Positions 24,501 to 35,289 of a stretch of 64,000 bases of DNA are shown here, piece by piece (within the stretch, counting starts at the first letter, position 1; every line of letters begins with the position of its first letter). The notes beneath the pieces are model-generated. The model was given only the letters and a program-made list of their open reading frames with translations, was not told the DNA's origin and made no database searches. The stretch spans positions 30,802,276-30,866,275 of the forward strand of contig NC_052147.1 of NCBI RefSeq assembly GCF_902713615.1. Reading direction: 5' to 3'. Source of the DNA: Scyliorhinus canicula (lineage: Eukaryota). The translations under genes were made by a program, and so were the position numbers.

Positions 24501-25250
24501 AGATTGCCGATTGTGTGTAGCTGTATGGGGCTGTTGCAGTAAAGAAATTAACTACAAATCAATAACAAATTGACAAAACTGAAGGAATCAAAAAAGCCAA
24601 CATTAGCCACCTCTGGTTTTGATGTAGCTTGGTTCATTTTAATGCTGGGTTGCTGTTATTGATTTGAAAGTAATTTCATCCTGATTAGTTTTCAGATCTA
24701 AAACAAAAAAAACGACTTGAGTGCATTTTTGCCTGTCGAGCATTTTAATAATGTCAATACAATGGCATTATGGGGGTGATGCTGAAAGCCACGTTATTTT
24801 AGGGTTAATGCAGTTGGTGATTGCTTTAGGATAATGAAAAGTCCAATGCTAACTGAATATATTAACTATATTAATGGTTTCAAATACAGTATCCCAATGT
24901 GATGCCGAAGATATCGGAGACAATGTAAGCCAGAAGTGTTGCTATTTGGTACACTCTCAAATATTCTTCTACAGCATTTCATCATACTGACAGCATTGAA
25001 ATTGTAATTACGCATTTGTTAGGCATGATGTCTTTAACAGAGAAGCAAACAGACTGAAGGGGGCTCCTAGTTTTAATGTAAATTGAGTTTTTCAACAGCA
25101 TTGCCCAAACCTATATCGTTTTCTTTTATTGCAAGTAATCAATGGAAAAATGTAGTTGAGCAATGTTTTTTAGTACTTAAGTTTTGTTGTTTTTTTAAAT
25201 CTTTGAATTAAAAAAACACTTGACTCTTTTATAAAAAAAAAAATGTTATT

Positions 25251-25457
25251 TGCTCAGTTGGCTGGACAGCTGGTTCATGATGCAGTGCAAGGCCAGCAGC
25301 ATGGGTTCAATTCCCTTAACGGCTGAGATTATTCAGGAAGGCCCCGTCTTCTCAACCTTACCCCTCACCTGAGGTGTGGTGATTCTCAGGTTAAATTACC
25401 ATTGTCAGCTCTACCCTCAAAGGGGAAAGCAGCCTATGGTCATCTGGGACTATGGCT
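25251..25457 (+). mobile_element. Second tRNA-derived SINE family (family B)
   Basis: Head GCTCAGTTGGCTGGACAGCTGG...GGGTTCAATTCC and tail CCCTCAAAGGGGAAAGCAGCCTATGGTCATCTGGGACTATGG. Copies at 26505-26720(+), 42820-43040(+, decayed) and 5995-6160(-, decayed). Confidence 0.8.
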
Positions 25458-25567
25458 TTTAGTTTTTATTTAGTGTCAGTGATGCTGCTAGAAGTAGATG
25501 AAATGCTGTCATGAAACAAATAATATTTGTTTGAAAAGTGCTTTGTAATTCACATTCTGCAACATAT

Positions 25568-25880
25568 AGGGTGGCATGTAGCACAATGGTTAACACTGTT
25601 GCTTACAATGCCAGGCACCCAGGTTCGATTCCTGTCTTGGGTTGCTGTCTGTGTCGATTCTGCATGTTCTCCCTGTGTTTGTGTGGGCTTCCTCCAGGTG
25701 CACCGGTTTCCTCCCACAAGTCCCGAAATACGTGCTTGTTAGGTGAATTGGACATTGTGAATTGTCCCTCTGTGTACCAGAATAAGTGCCGGAATGTGGC
25801 GACTAGGGAATTTTCACAGTAACTTCATTGCAGTGTTAATGTAAGCCTACTTGTGACAATAATAAAGATTATATTATATT
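25568..25880 (+). mobile_element. HE1-like SINE head with alternative (Rex1-like) tail
   Basis: HE1-type head and body, then GGCGACTAGGGAATTTTCACAGTAACTTCATTGCAGTGTTAATGTAAGCCTACTTGTGACAATAATAAAGATTAT. Also at 36470-36958(-) and 59408-59709(-). Confidence 0.8.
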
Positions 25881-27134
25881 ATTTCCCCCCTGTTCACAAA
25901 GTATGGGTTATGGAAGGCAAGGTTTTACTTGAGACTAGTTCCAATCTCTCCACTCTTTTTGATTGTGCTGGCTGACTGTTTCAATAGACTATGATAATAC
26001 CTTGCATAGTGAAGAAGTGTGATGACTGAGCCTAATACTCAATGTTCTTGTGTATTTATTTCAATGGTGGCCACAAATGGAATGGGAATGCTGACTCAAA
26101 GTCTTCCCTTGCCCCCTACACCTCAAATTTGTTTTATGTTATGAATCAGAGATGCATACAAATAATTTGGCCCAGCTGGTCTATGTCCGTGTTTGTACTT
26201 TTTTTTGCCCTCTGTTTCTCTTCCACTTTCCTAATCCCTCTTTCTTCATTAGGTTTCTTCTTAAATTCTTAAGTGCAACTTGTTTTAAGCACTCCCATGT
26301 AGTGAGAATCACTATCTCATCACTCCTCATGTACAGAAATTTCAAATTTTTTTTTTGATTTCTTCATGGTTGCTATCTTCTGTCCATTAGTGAAAACAGT
26401 TTATCCACAGCTTCCAAATAAATGCCTTCATATGGGTAAAGGCCTCTATGGGATCTGCACTTTGTATTTTCTAGAGAAGAGTTCCATCTTTTCGGTTGTA
26501 TTTTAGCTCACTTGGCTAGTCAGCTGGTTCGTAATGCAGAGCAAGGCCAGCAGCGCGGGTTCAATTGCTGTACTGGCTGAGGTTATTCAGGAAGGCCCCG
26601 TCTTCTCAACCTTGCCCCTCGCCTGAGATGTGGTGAAACTCAGATTAAATTACCAACAGTTATCTCTCCCCCTCAAAGGGGAAAGCAACCGTTGGTCATC
26701 TGGGGCTATGGCGACTTTATCTTTACCTGATAATTGCATCTGCTTAAGGGTTTAAACATCCAGATAAACCTTTTCTGTACTTTCCCCTGTACTTAAATAT
26801 CCTGTTTGTAATGTTCAGATCTGGATTCACAAATTTGTGCAGATCACAAATGAACTGCATTTGTAACCTGTGATTTAATCAGATTCCTTCCACATTAATC
26901 TAACAGTTAATTCCCTCTTTTTGACTTTTATCCTATTCCTGTAGAAATAAATTTTGCTTCGATTTTGTTCACTGGCACAAGTGTGTTTTGATTTGTAAGA
27001 AACGGTGTTCATTTTTAAAGTTAAAACTTCAGAGCCTGTATAACTGGGGATCCATCACAGTTTGTGTAATGGGAGCTTCCTTGAAAACTGCTGGGATGTT
27101 TGGTGGCTCTGGTGAATGGACTCCTGAGTTATGA

Positions 27135-27308
27135 AATGGAAATCGCTTATTGTCACAAGTAGGCTTCAAATGAAGTTACTGTGAAAAGCCCCTAGTCGCC
27201 ACATTCCGCTGCCTGTTCGGGGAGGCAGTACGGGAATTGAACCGTGCTGCTGGCCTGTCTTGGTCTGCTTTAAAAGCCAGCTCTTTACCCCTGTGCTAAG
27301 CCAGCCGC
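27135..27308 (-). mobile_element. Family-B-like SINE head fused to the Rex1-like tail
   Basis: Same tail as 25790-25870 joined directly after a B-box (GGTTCAATTCC) of a family-B-like head. A second example lies at 58001-58205(+). Confidence 0.75.
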
Positions 27309-29609
27309 TATGTGGAAGAAATCTGGGTGGGCAAAGTGACTATTCCATTTTCAGCTGATCTTGCCAGTAGGACCAAAGTCAGGGTCCCAACTGAGGAAAG
27401 GCAACATGTTCAAAATTCAGAACAGAAATTGGAAGTGGGAACATTGTACACTATGCCATTATGCTGGGTAGCTAAGGGTTGAACTGACAATGTTCCTAGC
27501 ATAATGCATGATTAAAATATCTCCTTTGCTATTATGACACCATTATTTTAACATGTTCTTTCAAGCTTTTTTTCCTTTAAATTTTCAACGGGGCCACTTC
27601 CCCTGCATTTTTTAGATGACCAGCAAGAGCGGTGTAGTGCAGCCATACATTAATGTGTGTATATATTCTCCTCTGATAGTCTGGGTGGGATTAGAAAATG
27701 ACTGGAAATTCCCTTGCATCATGTTGCACGGTGGGCTAGTGTAGTATCATGGCAATGAGCAATTCCCGATTATAAAACTTTACTCAGTACAGAAATTGTA
27801 ACCACTAATCCATGAGAGGATTGGCTTGTGAAATTTGTACATATTGAATTGATGTTAGTCAGGCATTTCCTAATTGAGTGTGCACTATACTGTCAGATTT
27901 CACTTGCGGATTAACTTCCCTTATCCACAATTACAACAGAATGTATTCTAATGCGTGCTAAAGAATATGATGACAAAAAATGCAACTGAACTGCATTTTG
28001 GGTCTTAACAGCAAAAATACATGAAAGAAGAATGCAAGTCAAAAATTTGAATTAACAATCGTCTTCAGTGCTTCGTGCTAGTTGCACTTGTGGTGTCTGA
28101 AATGAATCATTGGGAACCTCAGAAATATCTTGGGGACAACATTTGTGTGTCACTGGAAATTACCAGGTAGTAGTTTCTGTTTGTACTGTGGTTGGTTTGT
28201 ATTGTCTACTTCAGTGAATGATTCTAAGTATAGCGTAATCCCATTGCAAGTACAGTTGCCTACTGCAATTATAAACAATTAATTATTACCTTTGCTTAAG
28301 GAGACTGTCTTTGAAAAGAAATAAACATTTGAATGTGTACTGTTTTCTATTTATAGTGTGATTTTAGATTGTGGTGTTTGTAGTCTTAAATAGGCACTGT
28401 AAAACCAAAATCTTAGGCTTTGATAGCTGGAGTGCAAATTTGGCTGCAGTGTGCTTATTAGAAATTTAAATTATTGTAAGCATACTCTGAGCAATTTAGC
28501 ATAGTCAATCCACCTAATCTGCACATGTTTGGGTCGTGGGGCTGAAACCCACGCAGTCACGGGGAGAATGTGCAAACTCCATCTTTGGGCACAATAATAA
28601 GTTGGACTCACCCTTGCCCATTATCTACATATATTTCCACCGGGGTTACTGGATATTAATAAGGGATTCAAAACCTGGCAAGGATTTAGGTCTCCTTGCA
28701 TTCCAGCTGAGATGTAACTAATTTAACACACGTTTCTGGTTTGTGTGGCACATTGCCATGCAGGTTTGTACTTTTTATCGATCCGTGGAATGTGAAGATG
28801 TGTTCAGTCTGCAGTTCTTTTAACTCAAAGATTACATAAACACTTGTCACTTGTAGAATATTTGCATCTTAGATGGGGGTAACATGAGTGAATTGTATCA
28901 GAACTGTAGTAATGTTGAAATTCTGGGTGGATTGTGAGATGGATATTTGCATGAATAATATGGAGTGATGTTGGTAATATTGCTGTGGACTGTTTATTTT
29001 CTTCATCAAAGCAGTTCTTTATTTCATTGTCTACTTTTATGATATGGAAAAATATTGTGGTTGAGTTGCAGAATTGAATCTCTTGTAAAAAGATTGCGAA
29101 CTCCACCATCACTAACATGAATGGAACTGGGAAATATTTGCATAAATATGTACAAGTCTCACAAGCAAATCCTCTCGTGGATTAGTTTTCACAGTTTCTG
29201 TACAGGGCAGACTACAAACCGCTTCCAATCATGACTTTATCTTATTACATAATACTACACTACCCACAGTCTAACACGGTGCAACAAAAAATACAGGTCT
29301 CAGCACTGCTGCCTCCTTGGTACCAAGGACCTAGGTTCAATCCCGACCTGTCCACGTGGAGCTTTGCACATTCTCCCTGTGTCTTCGTAGGTCTCACTCT
29401 CACAACCCAAAAAGATGTGCAGGTTAAGTGGAGTGGCCATGCTAAATTTCCCCTTAATTGGAAAAAAAGAATTGGGTACTCTAAATTTATAATAAAAAAA
29501 TCCAAAACATATTGGTCTGGTTGTGTGTTGCTCATTCTAATTTGAGAGCATGAAAGCTGCTTACCCTGCTTGTGATTTCAAGCCAGTAACAAACTGTCAC
29601 AGCTGTGAT

Positions 29610-29764
29610 AAAAGCAAATTACTGTGGATGCTGGAATTTGAAACAAAAACAGAAAATACTGGACTATCTCAGCAGGTCTGACAACATCTGTGGAGAGAGA
29701 ATGGAGCCAATGTTTCGAGGCTGGATGATTTTGACAAAGCGTCATCCAGACTTGAAATGTTAGC

Positions 29765-29817
<53 letters not shown>

Positions 29818-29862
29818 GATGCTTGCTGAGATTGTCCAGTATTTTCTGTTTTTGTATCCGAA
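29610..29862. mobile_element. Penelope-like inverted pseudo-LTR pair with (CT)n and decayed hammerhead motif
   Basis: Left and right halves are inverted copies (ACAAAAACAGAAAATACTGGAC / GTCCAGTATTTTCTGTTTTTGT). Flanking direct repeat CTGTGAT at 29603-29609 and 29863-29869. Core TTGACAA-A-GCGTC-ATCCA-GACTT-GAAA at 29731-29757. Confidence 0.75.
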
Positions 29863-30929
29863 CTGTGATCTGTTTAAATGTTACTATCATTGTCAAAAGC
29901 CCGCTGGTTTTAGACTTTAATCTCCCCACCGACCTGTATATTGCAAGTTTAGATTTTGCAGTATTAATTTTGATCACATTTATTTTGTTAAATTTGTTAC
30001 AAACCAGTAAACTTATTTAACATTAGGTATAGTCAATTATTAGATAACAGGAATGTTCATGACCAGAAAAAATATTTTCCCAAAGTAAATCATTAAAAAG
30101 AAATTTAGAGTACTCAATTATTTTTTTCCAATTAAGGAGCAATTTAGCATGGCCAATCCATCTACCCTGCACATCTTTGGGTTGTGGGGGTGAAACCCAC
30201 GCAGACAGGGGGAGAATGTGCAAACACCACATGGACAGTGACCCAGGGCCAGGATCGAACCTGGAACCTCGGCGTCGTGAGGCAGCAATGCTAACTACTG
30301 CGCCACCGTGCTGCCCCAAGTAAATCATTCATTAACCTTAAAATAAATAGTTTTACTCAAAGGATCCAACTGTATGTAACAAATAATTGATATGAAATAT
30401 GAGCTCCCATATCACATATTAAACAGCATACATTTTATCCTATTTCAATTTGAAATTCATATTTTGTTGTTGGATGATTGCATCTTTGTGTAAACGGAGT
30501 TTTATTTGTCTCAGATGTTCCATCAAAAAGTACCTAAAACTCGTAGATTATAATGCTCCTCTGCATATATAATGTTAAAATCAGAGGAGCAGCAATAACT
30601 GAGAATCAATCCAACCTAATTCAGGAGGGATAGGACCTTTTAAGGAAATAGGACTAATGGAAGACAAATATAGCTCTGTTTAGAGCTATGTAAAATAGTA
30701 GATTTAAGTGAGAAACTAAATCAAGGTGTTATACAATTGAAGTGTGCAGGTAGGAAAAGGATTTGGGATTGTTGTGGATAAGTTCCAATGCAACAGTCTT
30801 AACAGATAGTGGATTGCATGAGCGGAAGCATTTAATATAAACCAAAAGGAAAAATACTATTTAAGGCACTTGGTTAGACTCTAGGTGTAGTATTGTCTAC
30901 AATACTAATCAAACTGAGGGATTTTAGAT

Positions 30930-31270
30930 GCCACTGTGGCTTAGAAGTAGCACAGTCACTTGAGCCAGCAATTTGCATTCAAATCCCATCCAAAGATCTG
31001 ATTTAGATAATTTAGGCTGAGATTTCATGTGCTGTATTGTTGGAGATGATTTCAGATGTGTCATGAACCCCCTCCATTGATAAAAGGATTCCAGTGACAC
31101 TTGCATGGGAGTTCTGTGTTATGGGCAATATTTATCTCTGTACAGATTATTCTTTAAAACTGATGATCTGGTCATTTAATTAATTGTTTGTAGGACTTAT
31201 AAATCTAGTTGTTGAATTTCCACTGATTACAACATCTAAGAGTTAAAAATACTTAATTGGCTATATGAAG
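30930..31270 (+). mobile_element. Old DeuSINE (SacSINE1-like) remnant
   Basis: Decayed tRNA-like head plus segments resembling the Deu domain (GTGCTGTATTGTTGGAG..., TAAAAGGATTCC..., GGCAATATTTATC). A related minus-strand scrap lies at about 5170-5220. Recognised from memory. Confidence 0.45.
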
Positions 31271-32637
31271 ATAATTTCTTAATTTTGAGGTTGAAGGTGT
31301 TGCTGTCAGAATAAACATAGTTTTAGATCTTCAGAACCTGGTTAAATTTTGTATGTTTTCCCAAAGGAGATCACCTGGAAGTAGTAACCTATCAAGTTTT
31401 CAAAATTAAGAGGTTTAATAAAGTAGCTAAATGAATTGTATTAATGCAGGGGTCACAAAGTATACATTTTTAGATTCTGAGTAAATGGCGGGAGCTTCAG
31501 ATTGAACTGTTCACAAGAGGTAATATAGACACATGGTTTGAGGAAGGCCTTGCATGGAAATAGTTTAAATGGACTTGAGACTGATTCAAAAAATAAAAAC
31601 AATTTCATGTTCTTCAGCAGAAAGAAAGGTATGATAAGATGACGTGAAGTTAGGATTTAATAAATCATGAATTATGGTTCTTAAACCTGAGTGTTCACTC
31701 TGCCCTCAGATTAGTCCATTATGAAAGATTGTTACACTTTGTAGCATTTACCCCTCATTGGACAGAGTTCTAGACTGTCATAATACTGTACCATATTAGT
31801 CGTGTGACAGGAAGAACGATTTTCCCAGTGATTCTTTGCTCACTGAATACAGATTAAAGTGTGTGCATGTGGCTGCCTCAGACCCGAAAAGTGCCATGAG
31901 ACACCCACAAGTATATTTTGGTATACTAAATGGGGGCAAATACAATTACATAATCACAGTGCTGAGAAAAATAAAATTAATGCTTTTATTGAAGTTGTAA
32001 GGCTGCTCTTGTAACATCAATTTTCTAATGGTGATATTTTGAATGAACTATTTTCACTTGTCAGCAAGTACTCGGGAAAATGGTAAAAGTAATAACTAGC
32101 CAAGGAGTTGGAATGAGTCGGAAACATTTTGTGTTGCTTGCGGATGAAGAGTTTACTGAGTAACCACAACCTGTGAAGTGATTTGGGATAGAATTTCAAA
32201 GAGCCTTAGTGTAGAGTTCTGTTAATTGGTGTATTGATAGCCTGATATAACGGATGACATCTTTACATTTGAGAGCCAAATGACAATTGGTGACCAAGTT
32301 TTGTACTGACTGAAGTATTTTTTCCATTTTTTGGCCCAAATTGCAGTAGCACCATTTTAATTTATTTAAATGTACACTTTCTGTTGGTGTATCTTTTGGC
32401 TAGGGAATTAAAAGAAAGATTGTCACTTTAGTTAGGTTTGAAATCCGCTCTTCTGACTAAGGCTGGCTGTTACTTTAAACATAGTTTAGACAGCCCAATA
32501 AGAGTGAACAAAGTAGAAACATTGAAAACTGATGTTCTTTCCTCCATAAACCTTGTAGGAAATCCTAATTTACTATTTTACAGCAACTTGGAAGAGTTGG
32601 TTTTCTAGGTGTAACTGGAATACTAAAAACAAACTTG

Positions 32638-32747
32638 GATCCGTTGCATATTATATTGGCTTTGTTGTTTTCAAAAAACCTTCTTGGCAACCGATCCGTT
32701 GCATGTTATATTGGCTTTGTTGTTTTCAAAATACCTTCTTGGCAACC
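32638..32747. repeat. 55-bp tandem duplication (2 copies)
   Basis: GATCCGTTGCAT(A/G)TTATATTGGCTTTGTTGTTTTCAAAA(A/T)ACCTTCTTGGCAACC twice, 2 mismatches. Confidence 0.95.
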
Positions 32748-33229
32748 TAAGTTGCTTTCTTGAATGGATCCCGATGCTTTATTCATATCTGTAAATTATT
32801 ATTTCAGTAGTTCATTGGCACAGTCCTGTTGGACACTTCTAATTCCACTCGTTTTCACAGGAATACCTGGTAAACTAATATTTCCCATTTAGCAATCAAA
32901 CATTCAAAACTGTTTACATAAATCTCTATTTTATTTGATTTATCAGCTAAGCGTTGTAAATTTGAACATTTTAAGTCCAAGTCTTTTCCTGACAGGTTGA
33001 TTTCTGTCATTTAAAAACGCAAATAAAAAATTATATATAATTATGTCTAATTTTGCAAGTTTCTGCATTACTGGGAAGTGCAAGTATATTAACATAGGTA
33101 TTTTTAAAAAAGCAATGTTGCTTTGTCTTGATAACAGTTTTACTGCATAATTATTTTCACATTCACCCAACTATTTGCTTCTAGTTCGTAAAAGCTGAAG
33201 GTATTTAATGGTGTAAAAATGTTTTTTTA

Positions 33230-34680
33230 CAATTTACAGCCAAATTGGCTGTAGCAATTTGTTCCACAGATTCACTACCCTCTGGTGAAGACATTTCTCC
33301 TCATCTCTGTTTTGAATGATCATTCCTTAGGTCTGAGTCTGTGCCCTCGGGTTCTAGTTTCTCCTACTAGTGGCAACATCCTCTCCACGTTCACTCTATC
33401 TAGGCCTCATTATTCTGTGAGTTTCAATTAGATTCCCCCCTCATCCATCCTGAACTTTGAGTTCAGACCCAGAGTTCTCAACCGCTCCTCCATATGACAA
33501 GATCTTCATTCCAGGGATCATTCTTGTGAACCTCCTCTCCCAAGGCCAGCACATCCTTCCTTAGATACGGGGCCCAAAATTGCTCATCATACTCCCAATG
33601 TTGTCTGACCAGAGACATATACAGCATCATGAATGCTAACATTCCATTTGCCTTCCTAACTGTCAGCTGAACCTACCTGTTAACTGTAAGAGAATCATGA
33701 ACAAGGACTCCCAAGTCCCTTTGTGCTTCTGATTTCCGAAGCATCTTCCCATTTATAGTCTCTGCCTCCATTTCTCCTTCCAAAGTGCATAACCTCACAC
33801 TTTTCCACATTGTATTCGATCTGCTGCTTGCCTGCTCTCCTCTTGTCCTGGTCCTTCTGCAGCCTCTCTGCTTCCTCAACGCAACCTGTCCCTCTACATA
33901 TCTTTGTATCATCTGCAAACTTAGCAACAATGCCCACAATTCCTTCTTCCAGATCATAATGTATATCGTGAATAGCTGTGGTCCCAATATTGACCTCTGC
34001 AGAACACCACTAGTCGCCGGCTGCCATCCTGAAAAGTACACCTTTATCCCTACTCTCTGCCTTCTGCCAGTCAGGCAATTCTCTATCCATGCCAGTATCT
34101 TGCCTCAAACACCATGGGTTCTTATTGTATTTAGCAGACTCCTGTATGGAACCTTATCAAAGGTCTTCTGGAAATCCAAATAGATCATGTCCACTGGTTC
34201 TCCTTTGTCTAACTTCCTCAAATAATTCTTGTCTAACTTCCTCAAATAATTCTTGTCTAACTTCCTCAAATAATTCTAACAGTTTAGTCAGACATGACCT
34301 TCCTCTGACGAATCTGTGCAAAATCAGTCCAATTTACCATGCACTTCTAAGTACTCCGCAATCTCATCATTAATAATAGACTCTCAAATCTTACCAACAA
34401 CCAAGTCAGGCTAACCAGCCTATAATTTCCTGTCTTCTGCCTCCCTACTGTCTTAAACAGGATGTTACATTAGCCATTTTCCAATCCTCGGGGACCCTCC
34501 CTGCCTCATGATTCCTGAAAGATTGCCACCAACACCTCCACAATCTCCTCGGCTACCCCCTTTAGGATCCTGGGGTGTAGCCCATCTGGTCCGGGTTATT
34601 TATCCACCTTCAGACCTTTCAGTTTCCCGGACCTTCTCCTTAGTGATGGCCACAACACTCTCCTCTTCTCCTTGACTATC
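33230..34680 (-). mobile_element. Degenerate CR1 LINE (RT region)
   Basis: SGVLQRSILGPQLFTIYI, VAKFADDTKI and YNVEKCEVMHFGRRN, with many frameshifts. Confidence 0.9.
34205..34276. repeat. 24-bp tandem repeat x3 inside CR1
   Basis: TTGTCTAACTTCCTCAAATAATTC in three perfect copies. Confidence 0.95.
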
Positions 34681-35193
34681 ATAATTGACAGTTGAACTTT
34701 TAACCATGTGCTGCTGGTACTGCTACTTACACCTCCATAATATCACTTGATTCTCCTCCCCCTGCCTCTTCCACCACCTCAAGTCTTCTCCTGAAACTCT
34801 CATCCAGAATTTGGTCGCTCCTGACCAGACTCTCACATTCGACCATCGGATCTTGAGGCCATCCAAAACCCTGTTGATCAGTGCTAACTCTTATAAAATC
34901 CTGTTCACCCATCGCCCTGCGCTTGCTGAATTACTCTGGCTCCCAGTTATGTAATGGCTTGATCTTAAAACCACCATCCTTGTTTTCAAATCCCCTTAGG
35001 CATTGTTTCTCTCCATCTATAACAGACAAGAAAGTGGAATTGAGAAGGCATCCAGATCAGCTATGATCTTATTGAATGGTGGAGCCAAGGACTGTGGCCG
35101 AATACTGCTCCTAAATCCTATGTTCCAAGCTATCTCAATTTCAGCTGCTTGTGCATTATCTTTAGTCGCTCCACCAATGGTAGTCAAGCCGTT

Positions 35194-35288
35194 GAAAGAG
35201 AAAATGCTGGAAAATCTCAGCAGGTCCGTCAGCATCTGTAGGGAGAGTAAAGAGCTAACGTTTCGAGTCTGATGACTTTGTCAAAGCT
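35194..35288 (-). mobile_element. Penelope-like pseudo-LTR fragment containing a hammerhead motif
   Basis: Same family as 29610-29862; see the ncRNA call at 35252-35289. Confidence 0.75.
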
Positions 35289-35289
35289 C
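35252..35289 (-). ncRNA. Candidate minimal type I hammerhead ribozyme (U3-A8 variant)
   Basis: Minus strand reads GAGCT-TTGACAA-AGTC-ATCA-GACT-C-GAAA-CG-T-T-AGCTC. Stem I is GAGCT/AGCTC, stem II is AGTC/GACT, and palindromic ACGT replaces stem III. Confidence 0.6.

Noticed and set aside
34205-34276. Repeat array as a possible CRISPR
   Set aside because: The copies are head-to-tail with no spacers, in a eukaryotic LINE context.
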